DNA of 64,000 bases from a virus. Location: positions 13,883-77,882 of the IMG/VR virus record IMGVR_UViG_3300003543_000059; one strand, written 5' to 3'. Shown piece by piece: positions 19,975-29,894 of the stretch; position 1 is the first letter of the stretch; each line of letters begins with the position of its first letter. The notes below the pieces were generated by a model. It was not told where the DNA came from. It was given only the letters and a program-made list of their open reading frames with translations, and ran no database searches. The translations under genes were made by a program, and so were the position numbers.

Positions 19975-20352
19975 GTGGCAAGTAACAATCTTAAACGTGC
20001 TAATGAGTTAGTCGCTTATAAGCCTGAAGACCTCATAGAACTGAGAAAATGTTCTCAAGACCCAATATATTTTATAAAAAAATATTGTAAAATTGAACAC
20101 CCTCTTCACGGTATTATACCGTTTGACCTATATCCATATCAAGAAGATTTAATTAAATCATTTTTAGAAAATCGTTTTACTTTGGCTCTCTGCTCTCGCC
20201 AATTGGGGAAATGTTTTTTAAACACTACTTTTATAAATAGTATTAAGAAGCCAAACGGTTTCAAACGTTTAGTGCTTAAATTATTTTATAAGAGAGAATA
20301 TGATGCGATATTTAGAAAACCGAAGACTGAAAAGACCTCTGAACACTATTAA
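19975..20352 (+). CDS. terL: Terminase large subunit N-fragment (79 aa extein) fused to split intein N-part
   Basis: DPIYF..KY...FDLYPYQ...SRQLGK followed by intein-start Cys (CFLNTTFI) at 20212. Confidence 0.9.
   Translation: MASNNLKRANELVAYKPEDLIELRKCSQDPIYFIKKYCKIEHPLHGIIPFDLYPYQEDLIKSFLENRFTLALCSRQLGKCFLNTTFINSIKKPNGFKRLVLKLFYKREYDAIFRKPKTEKTSEHY
20212..20349 (+). mobile_element. Split intein N-fragment (46 aa)
   Basis: Cys1 immediately after the Walker A Lys; block A-like CFLNTTFI. Confidence 0.78.
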
Positions 20353-21253
20353 AATTGAAAATTTAAAATATATCAACATACCCGAAGATTATATTTTATA
20401 TCGTGATGGTTCTAAATTGAATTATATTATCAAAGATGATGATGTAGATAAGATTATAAAGGATGAACGCAAAGCTTATCAACGTAAACTGAAAACTTCA
20501 GAAGAATTTCTGTTAACTAAGGCTTTTATTAAGAATACTAACGGAAATATAATTTCTGATAAACAAAGAGTTGAAATTGAACGAGTTATGTATGCTATGT
20601 GGAAATATAATGAAATGTTGAGAATAGAAACTCTAGTATTATTGCTTAATAATGGAATAGAAACAAAATTGTTAGAACGTATTAGATTATTGGGTAATTT
20701 GAAGGCTACTGATTCAAGATTTAACAAAATATTGTTATATGGGATAAAAAAAGGATTAGAAGAATTTAGAATTAACAAATCTGAAAGAGTGAAAGGTTCT
20801 AACAATCCAGCTTATCAACATGGCGGGAAATTAAGTCCATATAGCAAAAAATTTATCAAATATGATAGTTCTGATGAAAGTGAAAATATCAGAAAATCTA
20901 TGTTCGATAAAAATATAAAGAACAGGAATGATAATCAAAATAACACATGTAGATTAGATTATTACACATCAAGAGGTCGTTCGGAAGAAGATGCTGTGTT
21001 GGCTTTGAAGAAACGTCAAACTACATTTTCAAAACAAAAATGTATTGACAAATATGGTGATGTAAAAGGTTTTAACGTTTGGAAGAAACGTCAAAATAAA
21101 TGGCAAGGCACATTAACATCTAAATCTCAAGAAGAAATTGATATTATTAACAAAAAGAAAAGAAGCATTGGTGGTTGCTCTAAAATAGCTACTGAGTTAT
21201 TTGGGTCTTTAGGGTATGGTTTTGCGAGATATGATGGTAATGGTGGCGAATAA
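20300..21253 (+). pseudogene. Free-standing homing endonuclease-like gene between the split-intein halves; catalytic domain apparently deleted
   Basis: NUMOD3-like KGSNNPAY and Y..RG.SEE.A...RQ motifs; ends SKIATELF...GGE*; out-of-frame remnant KNKIITECKDFINE follows. Confidence 0.6.
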
Positions 21254-21288
21254 GAATAAAATAATAACAGAATGTAAGGATTTTATAA

Positions 21289-21762
21289 ATGAATGGGATA
21301 ATGAACTTTTCGCATCTTAAAGAGAAAATATTAAAATGGTGTTTAAGTGAAGAAGCTGTTATTTATGGTGAACTATATAAACAATACCAAACTAACAAAG
21401 TAGAACGATACCAACAAAATAAACTTAAATTTGTTGAAGAATCTGAACCGAATGATTTGTTTATTAAAACACCTTCAGGAATATCACCAATAAAACGATT
21501 ATTGAAAACTGTTGAATATGATGTATATCGTATTACTTTGGAAAACGAATTATTCTTAGAATGCGCTGATGAACATTTATTGATAGGCGAATATGGTGAT
21601 GCTATATTCGCTAAAGATAGCAAAGGAACTACATTAAGAACGATTAAAGGACCATCTGCTGTTGTAAGCGTAGAACCATTGAATCGTTCTGAATCTATGT
21701 ACGATATAGAGATTGATGGTGATGACCATACATATCATACTAATGGAATATTATCACATAAT
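21289..21762 (+). mobile_element. Split intein C-fragment (158 aa, no endonuclease domain)
   Basis: Block B LECADEH, block F MYDIEI, block G YHTNGILSHN followed by Thr+1. Confidence 0.85.
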
Positions 21763-24375
21763 ACAACTTGCGCTGCTGCTTTCTTCTTGTGGTACGCAAC
21801 ATTTGAAGAACATAAGACTGTTCTTATCGTATCAAACAAAGAATCAAACGCTACAGAATTCATTCATCGTCTTCAGGTTATGTATGAATACTTACCTAAA
21901 TGGTTGAAGGCTGGTGTTGATGGTGAATGGAATAAAAAATCTGTTGGTTTTGATAATGGTTGTCGTGTTATATCAAGAGCGACTTCAGACTCATCAGCAA
22001 GGGGTTTATCATTATCTATCGTATTTGCAGACGAACTTGCATTCGTTAGGGATAACATTCAAGATGAATTTTGGGCTGCTCTATCACCAACATTATCATG
22101 CGTTACGGGTGATACACTGGTATTGACCAAAAATGGCTATGAAAAAATAGAAGATTTTCATAAAGGTAAAGGTGTTGGTGATTATTTTGAAATAGATGGT
22201 GTAGAAGTGTACGGTAAAGAAGGTATTGAACCATTATCGCATGGTTATGTATCACCAGAAAGCGATACTTTAATTATAGAAACACAACGCGGTTTTATGA
22301 TAGAGGTTACTCATAATCATCCATTATACGCGTTAACAGAAAACCCTGAAATGGTTAAAGCTAAAAATTTAACTACAGCGAACTATTTAAGAATTGATTA
22401 TGGGATGAATCATTTTGGAAAAAAATCTTTAGATAGTGACATCGCTTATATGTTAGGTGGATATATAGCCGAGGGGTGGTCATCACATTTTAAAAATGCT
22501 AAAGGTGAACGGGTTAATTCTGCCATATATATAGCAAACCTTGACAGTGATTTTCGTGAAGTGTTTTATCGAAATGGTTTTAGTGACGACCTTAATCAAT
22601 CACACAAAATTAGAAAATTTGGTGTAGATGTGTGCAGGTTTTGGGAAAACGAATATGGTATAAATTTTACTCAAAAATGTTATGACAAAGAAATACCACA
22701 TTATATCATGCAATCTAATAGTAAGACTATTGGCATGTTTCTTAGGGGGTTATATGATGGTGATGGTAGTATTACTGTAAATCGAGGGATTAATCTTACA
22801 TCTACTAGTAGAAAATTAATTCAGCAAGTTCAAATTTTATTGATGAATTTTGGCATTTTAACTACGCTGGTTAAAAATGATGCTGAAAAAATAATGATAC
22901 GTGAGCGTGAAAGCTGTAGACTTTTGCCACAAGGAAAACCTATTCAATCATTAAGAGATAGTTGGGGGTTGAACATATCACGTTCAAACGCTGGTTTATT
23001 CCAGCGGTGTGTAGGTTTTAATATAAAGTATAAAGGGGATAAATTAGAAGAATGTATTAAAAAATATCCTCAAGATGATTACAAACAGAAAGTCATCCCT
23101 TTTGACATTATAAAAAATGTTATATCTAACATAGTAGAATCAAGCGGAAAAACAAAAAAATGGTTTAGAGATAAAGGGTGTCGTTTAGATAAACTTTTTA
23201 ATAAATCCACAGAAAGAACGTGTACACTTAGATGGTTGGAAGTTTTTTACAAAGCTGTTAGACATATGGATTGTGTAGCTCAATATCACAATATATTCAA
23301 TGAATTGTTAGGATATGATTGTATATGGGATAAAATAAAAACTATAACTCCATCAACTAATAAGACGTATGATTTCACGGTACCAAAAACCCACACTTTT
23401 TTACAAAACGGTATTTTAGGTAGCAATACGGGTGGTTCGTGTATCGTGGCATCAACACCTAATGGTGACATGAACTTATTCGCTCAATTAGCCAGAGCAT
23501 CAGAAGCAAAAACTAACGAATTCGTATTTAAAAAATATATCTGGGAAGATGTACCAGAACGTGATGAAGCTTGGAAGAAGTCTGAAATCATGCGGATTGG
23601 TGAAGAGAAATTTTTACAAGAACATTTGTGCCACTTCTTATCTAGTGAAGCCATGCTTATTAGTAGCATGGTTCTATCCACTATTAAACCCAAACAACAC
23701 GTTCGGGAACTTAAAGAATTCAAATTGTGGGATTCTTTTTCTCCTGAAAAATCTTACATTGTTGGTGTTGACCCTAGCACCGGAATTGATAATGACTTTT
23801 CGGTTATCGAGGTCTTTGAATTTCCTACTATGATTCAAGTAGGGGAATTTCGTTCAAACACTTGCAACACTACACAATTATACCAAGCTTTAAAAGGTAT
23901 TCTTATCATGATGGAACGTGTTGGGTGCCAGATATTTTACAGTTCGGAAAATAATGGCATCGGTGAAGGGTTGTTGGTGTGTATTGAAAATGATGAAAAT
24001 GCACCGGAACATGCTGAGTTCGTAACGCAAGCGAATTCTAAACGTGAAGGTTTTGCTACGACCAACAAGAGCAAAATTAAAGCTTGTATTAAGTTGCGTG
24101 AAATGTTTGAATCTGGTAAGATTGAAATTAAATCGGAGCATTTGTTATTTGAGCTTAAAAATTTCATTAGAACCAAAGCATCATATGAGGCTCAGCCTGG
24201 TGCTACAGATGATTGTATATCCGCAGTGCTGATAGTTATTAGAATTTTAGAAGAAATAATATTGTATGATGATAGAGCTTATGCTATGATGGAAGAAAGT
24301 TTAGGAGAAGATTATTTCTCTAATGATGTATATGACGAGAATGGTGTTGATGCGGCAATGCCAATAGTTTTTTAA
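21289..24375 (+). CDS. terL: Terminase large subunit C-fragment: split intein C-part, extein, cis intein, extein
   Basis: TTCAAAF, ARGLSLSIVFADE (Walker B), STPNG, nuclease GVDPSTG..D and DD..A motifs. Confidence 0.93.
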   Translation: MNGIMNFSHLKEKILKWCLSEEAVIYGELYKQYQTNKVERYQQNKLKFVEESEPNDLFIKTPSGISPIKRLLKTVEYDVYRITLENELFLECADEHLLIGEYGDAIFAKDSKGTTLRTIKGPSAVVSVEPLNRSESMYDIEIDGDDHTYHTNGILSHNTTCAAAFFLWYATFEEHKTVLIVSNKESNATEFIHRLQVMYEYLPKWLKAGVDGEWNKKSVGFDNGCRVISRATSDSSARGLSLSIVFADELAFVRDNIQDEFWAALSPTLSCVTGDTLVLTKNGYEKIEDFHKGKGVGDYFEIDGVEVYGKEGIEPLSHGYVSPESDTLIIETQRGFMIEVTHNHPLYALTENPEMVKAKNLTTANYLRIDYGMNHFGKKSLDSDIAYMLGGYIAEGWSSHFKNAKGERVNSAIYIANLDSDFREVFYRNGFSDDLNQSHKIRKFGVDVCRFWENEYGINFTQKCYDKEIPHYIMQSNSKTIGMFLRGLYDGDGSITVNRGINLTSTSRKLIQQVQILLMNFGILTTLVKNDAEKIMIRERESCRLLPQGKPIQSLRDSWGLNISRSNAGLFQRCVGFNIKYKGDKLEECIKKYPQDDYKQKVIPFDIIKNVISNIVESSGKTKKWFRDKGCRLDKLFNKSTERTCTLRWLEVFYKAVRHMDCVAQYHNIFNELLGYDCIWDKIKTITPSTNKTYDFTVPKTHTFLQNGILGSNTGGSCIVASTPNGDMNLFAQLARASEAKTNEFVFKKYIWEDVPERDEAWKKSEIMRIGEEKFLQEHLCHFLSSEAMLISSMVLSTIKPKQHVRELKEFKLWDSFSPEKSYIVGVDPSTGIDNDFSVIEVFEFPTMIQVGEFRSNTCNTTQLYQALKGILIMMERVGCQIFYSSENNGIGEGLLVCIENDENAPEHAEFVTQANSKREGFATTNKSKIKACIKLREMFESGKIEIKSEHLLFELKNFIRTKASYEAQPGATDDCISAVLIVIRILEEIILYDDRAYAMMEESLGEDYFSNDVYDENGVDAAMPIVF
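22099..23427 (+). mobile_element. Cis intein with LAGLIDADG endonuclease (443 aa) in TerL
   Basis: CVTGDTLV start, VTHNHP block B, MLGGYIAEG and FLRGLYDGDG, TYDFTV, ends NGILGSN|T. Confidence 0.92.
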
Positions 24376-26066
24376 TGATGTATGACAAAAAATTGAAGGA
24401 AATTGGGTACCATTTATCGAATGGTGGTAATATAGGAAATTACTGGCGTAATGTAAAATTGAAAGAATTATTACTAAAAGAAACAGATTTTTTAGTAGGT
24501 GTCAATACTAACATTGAGCGAATGTATTATATTATTAATGATTTAAGAGAACAACAACGATGCGTTTGCTCCAAATTAACTAGTGTTAAACGAGTAAAGG
24601 GGTATTATATAGTTCAATCGTGTTCTAGGCATTGCGCTATGTCTGTGATTGGTAATGATGGTTTAACTGGTTATGAGAGAATAGGTAAAAAGACTAAAGA
24701 TGCAATGGAAGTTGTAGGAGATGATGGACTAACAGGTTATGAACGTAATTCGGTTAAAATATCTAAAACCTTAAATAGTGTTCAGGAATCGGGAAAGACT
24801 AGAGGACAAGAATTGGGGGAATTGAGTGCTATAGCTCGAACTGTTGTTGATGTTAGCAGTGGGTTAACTATTAACCAAAAAAATGGTAAAAAAGTTTCGA
24901 AAACATTAATGGCTATTCAACCTTCTGGAAAAACTAGAGGGAAAGAATTGGGTGAGTTGGCTAGAAAAGTAAGAATAGTGGAAGATGATAATGGGTTGAA
25001 CGGGTATCAACGGTCAGCTTTAATGATGTCAAAAACAGTTAAAAAACAAAAATACTATGAGCATAAAGATAAAATAGAATCATTGGGTTTCACCGTTCTC
25101 AGTAGTTTAAGTGAATATTATAAAGATGTATATTTTAGATATAAATGTAATACGTGTAACCAACAAAACTACACACGATACAGAAATTTGAGATGTTTAA
25201 AATGTAATCCTTACAACAAATCTATAGCGGAACAAGAAATTATAGATTATTGTGATTCATACGTTTTAGTTAAATCTAACGCTAGAAATATTATATCACC
25301 ATTAGAACTTGATGTGTATGTGGAAAGTTTGAATCTTGCCATTGAATATAATGGATTATTCTGGCATAATCACAATAAACTTGAAAACAAAAATTACCAT
25401 CTCAATAAAACTGAATTATGTGAAGCTAAAGGAATTCATCTTCTTCATATTTTTGAAAATGAATGGCTCGACCCCACAAAACAAAATATTTGGAAGTCAA
25501 TCATATCAAATAAATTAGGTCATTCCACACGATTATACGCTCGGAACTGCGGGATAAGAACAGTATCAAGCGTTGAAAAGTGTGAGTTCTTAAAAGCTAA
25601 TCATCTTCAAGGTGATTGCCCTTCATCTGTTAATGTTGGGTTATATCATAATGATGAATTGGTTTCATTGATGACCTTTGGGAAATCAAGGTTTAGTAAA
25701 AAATATGATTGGGAGTTGTTACGTTTTTGTAATACATTAAATGTTAGTGTTGTTGGTGGAGCATCACGTTTGTTGAAACGTTTTCGAGCGTTAAACGATG
25801 GCTCAATCGTTTCTTACGCTGATAAACGTAGAAGCAATGGCAATCTATACAAACAACTAGGGTTCAGTCATAGCCATGATTCTAAGCCAAATTACTGGTA
25901 TTTTAAAAGCGGTGATATAATGTTAGAATCTAGAGTCAAATATCAAAAACATAAATTATCAAAAATTTTAAAATATTTTGATTCTGATTTGTCAGAAAGT
26001 GATAATATGAATAATAACGGATACCATAAAATTTATGATTGCGGTAATCAAGTTTGGGTGTTATGA
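24375..26066 (+). CDS. Hef-like homing endonuclease (PD-(D/E)XK type) with N-terminal repeats
   Basis: ELDVYV...AIEYNGLFWH...IFENEW...LYARNC...IYDCG; paralog of 53921. Confidence 0.78.
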   Translation: MMYDKKLKEIGYHLSNGGNIGNYWRNVKLKELLLKETDFLVGVNTNIERMYYIINDLREQQRCVCSKLTSVKRVKGYYIVQSCSRHCAMSVIGNDGLTGYERIGKKTKDAMEVVGDDGLTGYERNSVKISKTLNSVQESGKTRGQELGELSAIARTVVDVSSGLTINQKNGKKVSKTLMAIQPSGKTRGKELGELARKVRIVEDDNGLNGYQRSALMMSKTVKKQKYYEHKDKIESLGFTVLSSLSEYYKDVYFRYKCNTCNQQNYTRYRNLRCLKCNPYNKSIAEQEIIDYCDSYVLVKSNARNIISPLELDVYVESLNLAIEYNGLFWHNHNKLENKNYHLNKTELCEAKGIHLLHIFENEWLDPTKQNIWKSIISNKLGHSTRLYARNCGIRTVSSVEKCEFLKANHLQGDCPSSVNVGLYHNDELVSLMTFGKSRFSKKYDWELLRFCNTLNVSVVGGASRLLKRFRALNDGSIVSYADKRRSNGNLYKQLGFSHSHDSKPNYWYFKSGDIMLESRVKYQKHKLSKILKYFDSDLSESDNMNNNGYHKIYDCGNQVWVL

Positions 26067-26143
26067 TTATTTCTCTAATGATGTTTGACTATTTCCTGTA
26101 TTTTAAGTATAATATAAATATAGAATTAACTATGAGGAAAAAC

Positions 26144-26527
26144 ATGAAACTTAAAGATATTACTGAAGCCGTTTCCAAAAAAGAACCAATCTTTACCAAA
26201 GACGAATTAGCATATTTGAAATCTGAACTAGCTGGAGAAGGTTTTTCCGGTAAAGCTGTGGTTTCAACTAAACCAACCATCCGAAATTCTAAAAGAAAAA
26301 AAGGGGATTACCTGTGGAATGGTGAAAAGTCTTCCATAGTATATAAACGTATAATGGATTTAGATACGGGCAAAATCATTAAAAGGTCTTATACTTCTTC
26401 TTCGGCTTATGGTATTGAAGATGCTTCTATTCTGGCAGTTGAACAATGGAGGAATGGGGAAGGAATGAAATTATTCAAGTATGAACAATTACCATCGGAT
26501 GTTCGTGCAAAATTTGATATGATGTAA
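26144..26527 (+). CDS. Late hypothetical protein with MKLKDITE leader
   Basis: TATAAATA at 26113-26120 and GAGG RBS support start 26144. Confidence 0.65.
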   Translation: MKLKDITEAVSKKEPIFTKDELAYLKSELAGEGFSGKAVVSTKPTIRNSKRKKGDYLWNGEKSSIVYKRIMDLDTGKIIKRSYTSSSAYGIEDASILAVEQWRNGEGMKLFKYEQLPSDVRAKFDMM

Positions 26528-26594
26528 AATATAATGGTGTTTTAATGTTAGAAATCAAATTAGAGAAATTAGAAAAATCGTTGTTAAATGAAAG

Positions 26595-26816
26595 GTGACG
26601 TATGAAACAACAGCGAAAAGAAAGATTTGCCCCTTTCTGGGGAAACGTTTATGTATGGGTAATGGCTGTATGGGTTGGTAATTTATAATGGAACAAAAAG
26701 CGGTGGAACGACATGAAACAAGTAACAATGGCATATCTTCCTTTGTTACGGTTATGGAAGATGACAAATGCTCAAGAGAAATCGGTGTTTGTACGGCAAT
26801 GCCGAGTCCATTGTAA
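26595..26816 (+). pseudogene. Cys-rich small gene with internal TAA (26679-26681)
   Basis: CPF...C.GNGCMGW*...GVC read in one frame across the stop. Confidence 0.45.
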
Positions 26817-26860
26817 TGCAATTTGAAATCAGATTATGCGATTGACAATAGGTGATTTAG

Positions 26861-27728
26861 TTGAACAAGTTTAAGGTGTATGACACTGTTTGGATGCTGT
26901 CAAACAATACCCCCATAGAACAAAAGGTTTTTGCTGTAGTTGAAAGCATGGATTATTGGAAAACAGGTACCGAATTCAGGTATCATGTGGTAAATTCTCA
27001 GATAGGTGCTGGTTGGGGTAACAATGAAGGTGTAATACGCGGTGAAGATGAATTATACGCTTCTAAACAAGAACTTTTAGAATCATTATGAAAAAACCGG
27101 AAATATTAACAGGTAGACAAATTGATTTGCAGATGGCTATCACTAATCGTGACAAAGTTGCTCTCAATAACATGTACCATATCAAAGAAATCACAATTGA
27201 AGAATTGGTCGATGCGGTCATTGCGATAGATGAATCGGTAACCGATTGGGCTAAATGTAAACGTTGGTGGAAATCATTATGGGTGTAGGATACGATAATT
27301 TCGTTGCTGTGTTGAAAAAGTTTTGCCCTGAATCAAAACACGATGAAGTAAAAAGACTGTTGTCTAATATTACCTTTGAATACAGACGAATTGACGATAT
27401 TAACCCCACGCCACTCCCTGTTTCAAAAAAACACGAGAAGCTAATACATTTGTTTGAAAAACGTCATAATATGAAATTCGAACGGGACCCGAATCGTGAT
27501 ATTTTAGTGTTTAATTCGATGAATCGTATAGTCGTATACTATGATGGTGCGATAGACGTTACTATAAAGGGTGTGAAGTTTACATTAGAAGAATCTTTAG
27601 AAATTTTTACAGAAGATTTCGTTGAAAAATTAGATAACATGGATGACGATATAACACGCATCATTGAATTAACGATAAAGCATAAAGCTCGTCATAAAAG
27701 GAATATCTTAAAAAATACAAAGTTATAA
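26861..27728 (+). other. Three coupled hypothetical genes (26861-27091, 27088-27288, ~27279-27728)
   Basis: Overlapping ORFs. Confidence 0.55.
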
Positions 27729-27750
27729 ATACAACAAGTGAGTAGTCGTT

Positions 27751-27828
27751 CACACAAATAAATTTGCAATTTCCTATCGTGTTGGTATAATAGACACAAC
27801 TTAAACGATTTTAGAGGATTTCATCATG
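27751..27828 (+). promoter_or_regulatory. Early promoter/RBS element copy 5
   Basis: CACACAAATAAA-TTTGCA-17-TATAAT...AGACACAACTTAAAC..GAGG..CATCATG. Confidence 0.85.
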
Positions 27829-29073
27829 ACTGCTCAATATGACTTAGAAGCTGAAAACATTTTTCGAATCCCTGAAGAAAATCTTGAATTAGTTAAAGCT
27901 AAAATCGCAAAGCTTAACAGTAAAGCACTCAAATTAGGTTGCACTCCTGTTACCATCACTATTTTGGAAAGAATAGACCAAGAAGTTAAGGCTGACAAAT
28001 TAGACCCTTTCGATTCCAGAACTTACACTCGCTTCTATTACATTATTGAAGTGTTAGGGACTGCTCCTGTATTAGATGGTTGGTCATTCGTTGCGAAATT
28101 AGACCACGAATATTCAACTCCTATCATCACATCATTACCTGATGTTAAGGTGCCTACAATTTATCGTAACCATGATGCTTCATGTGACCATTGCAAATCT
28201 AACAGAGCACGTAAAATCACTTACGTAGTTCAAAACGTTAATACCTTAGAGTATAAACATGTTGGTAAATCTTGTTTAAAAGATTTTTTAGGTCACATCA
28301 GCCCTACTGCGGCATTACGCTATTTTGAATTCTTATCATCTATCAGTGATGAATTAGAAGCATTTGAAAATTCTGCTGGTCGTGGTGTTGAACGTTACGC
28401 AGTTAGAGAAGTGTTAGCAACTGCTAAATTAATATCTGATGTTTACGGTTATGTATCAGCTAAGAAAGCTCGTGAAGAATTTAACGATGAAGGTCAGCCA
28501 AAATATGATGCTACTAACTGGGATGTTAGTAACTATTACTTCAATGACATTTTCAAAAGAGAATTTGTTGCTGATTACGGACATGTCACTGAAGAACATT
28601 TAGAGTTCGCTGATGAAGTAATTGAGTTCTTCAAAGCTAAAGAAGCTAACAGCGATTACATGTATAATCTTCATAGTTTAATTGAAGAGCGTTATATCAA
28701 ATCAAAAGAATTTCCCATTGTCGTATCAATGGTCGGTGTTTACTTAAACCACATTGCTAAAGCTAAAGAAGAAGCTGAAACTAAAAAGTTGAATGAATGG
28801 TTCGGTGAAGCTAAAAAACGCCAAGAAGCTATCGTAAAGGTTATCCACATACGTTCTTATGAAAGTCAATTCGGTATTGGGTATGTTATTAAAATGGTTG
28901 ACGATGAAGGTAGAACTATCGTATGGTTCGCTTCTAACAAAACTCTTGATGAAGGTGACACCTATAAAGTCAAATTAACTGTTAAAGACCATGATGAATA
29001 TAAAGGTTGGAAACAAACTATCGTTAACCGTGTATCAGTATTAGAAGTATTAGAAGGTGGTGAAAGTGAGTAA
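27826..29073 (+). CDS. Early phage protein with Zn-binding CDHC..C and C-terminal OB-fold-like domain
   Basis: CDHCKSNR.R, VGKSCLKDFLG, C-terminal VKDHDEYKG.KQT...RV. Confidence 0.7.
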   Translation: MTAQYDLEAENIFRIPEENLELVKAKIAKLNSKALKLGCTPVTITILERIDQEVKADKLDPFDSRTYTRFYYIIEVLGTAPVLDGWSFVAKLDHEYSTPIITSLPDVKVPTIYRNHDASCDHCKSNRARKITYVVQNVNTLEYKHVGKSCLKDFLGHISPTAALRYFEFLSSISDELEAFENSAGRGVERYAVREVLATAKLISDVYGYVSAKKAREEFNDEGQPKYDATNWDVSNYYFNDIFKREFVADYGHVTEEHLEFADEVIEFFKAKEANSDYMYNLHSLIEERYIKSKEFPIVVSMVGVYLNHIAKAKEEAETKKLNEWFGEAKKRQEAIVKVIHIRSYESQFGIGYVIKMVDDEGRTIVWFASNKTLDEGDTYKVKLTVKDHDEYKGWKQTIVNRVSVLEVLEGGESE

Positions 29074-29813
29074 GTATAGAATCCGGTCGTATAACTGCTT
29101 AGGTGGTAGAGCGTATCAAGCTCAAATCAAATTTATGTGGGTTTTTTGGATGAATCTGATAGATGAAAGATTGCCTCGATTTCAAAATCGAAATGCGGTA
29201 TATGCTACTTTTCAAGAATGTTCTGATTTTATTAAACTATGCAAAGCTGATGATAATAAAGCGGATGCTGAAATAACCGACATGTGATTATGAGTAAAGA
29301 AAACCGCCAACCATCATATCGAGAATTAGAAGATGAAGTTTTAAGACTACGTGAGGGTATTGCCGCTTTAATTAAGGTGACTCCCCCAGCGTTTTCTAAT
29401 TTAAGCCCTATAACGGTCGTAGCCATGTCTTCTACCGAAATACACTCACATGTTAAAGAACTCTTAGAAGAACCAGAGATACAGCCATATTGCACAGAAT
29501 GTGGCTGTGTATCATTAGGTTATCTGGAAGAGTACGCTAATGGTGAATTTTGGGAATGTAATGAATGTGGGAATAAATTCTTATGGTGATTAAAGTATAT
29601 CACGACGGGAAAGCCTGTAGGGACGTTCCTGCTGTTATTGTGGGTAGACGTAAGGGTAAACTGCTTATCGAGTTCACAGTCGAAGAATATGACCCCACGA
29701 TTGACGATTACAAAGAAGTTACCGAGCCTAGATGGTTTATTCGTAGAAGACTTGACAATGGTGGTGTTTATGAATGCCAAGGTTGGAACTACTGGTATTA
29801 TGCTAATGGGTGA
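29057..29813 (+). other. Three small coupled hypothetical genes (one with a CxxC..CxxC zinc ribbon)
   Basis: 29057-29287, 29284-29589, 29583-29813. Confidence 0.55.
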
Positions 29814-29820
29814 TTAAGTT

Positions 29821-29894
29821 CACACAATCAAATTTGCTTTTATCGTTGCAGATGGTATAATAGACTCAACTTAAACGAAACGGGGAACATCATG
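29821..29894 (+). promoter_or_regulatory. Early promoter/RBS element copy 6
   Basis: CACACAATCAAA-TTTGCT-17-TATAAT...AGACTCAACTTAAACGAAACGGGGAACATCATG. Confidence 0.85.

Noticed and set aside
20212-21762. Group I intron or ribosomal bypass interrupting terL
   Set aside because: Both junctions carry protein-splicing residues (Cys1; HN|T), the C-part has its own RBS, and I could not see intron core pairings. Not formally excluded without RT-PCR.
9549-26681. Stop-codon reassignment suggested by premature TGA (9549) and TAA (21251, 26679)
   Set aside because: Core genes are intact under the standard code, and TAA, TGA and TAG all serve as genuine stops. The cases are better explained by a 1-nt insertion, a deletion and a point mutation.
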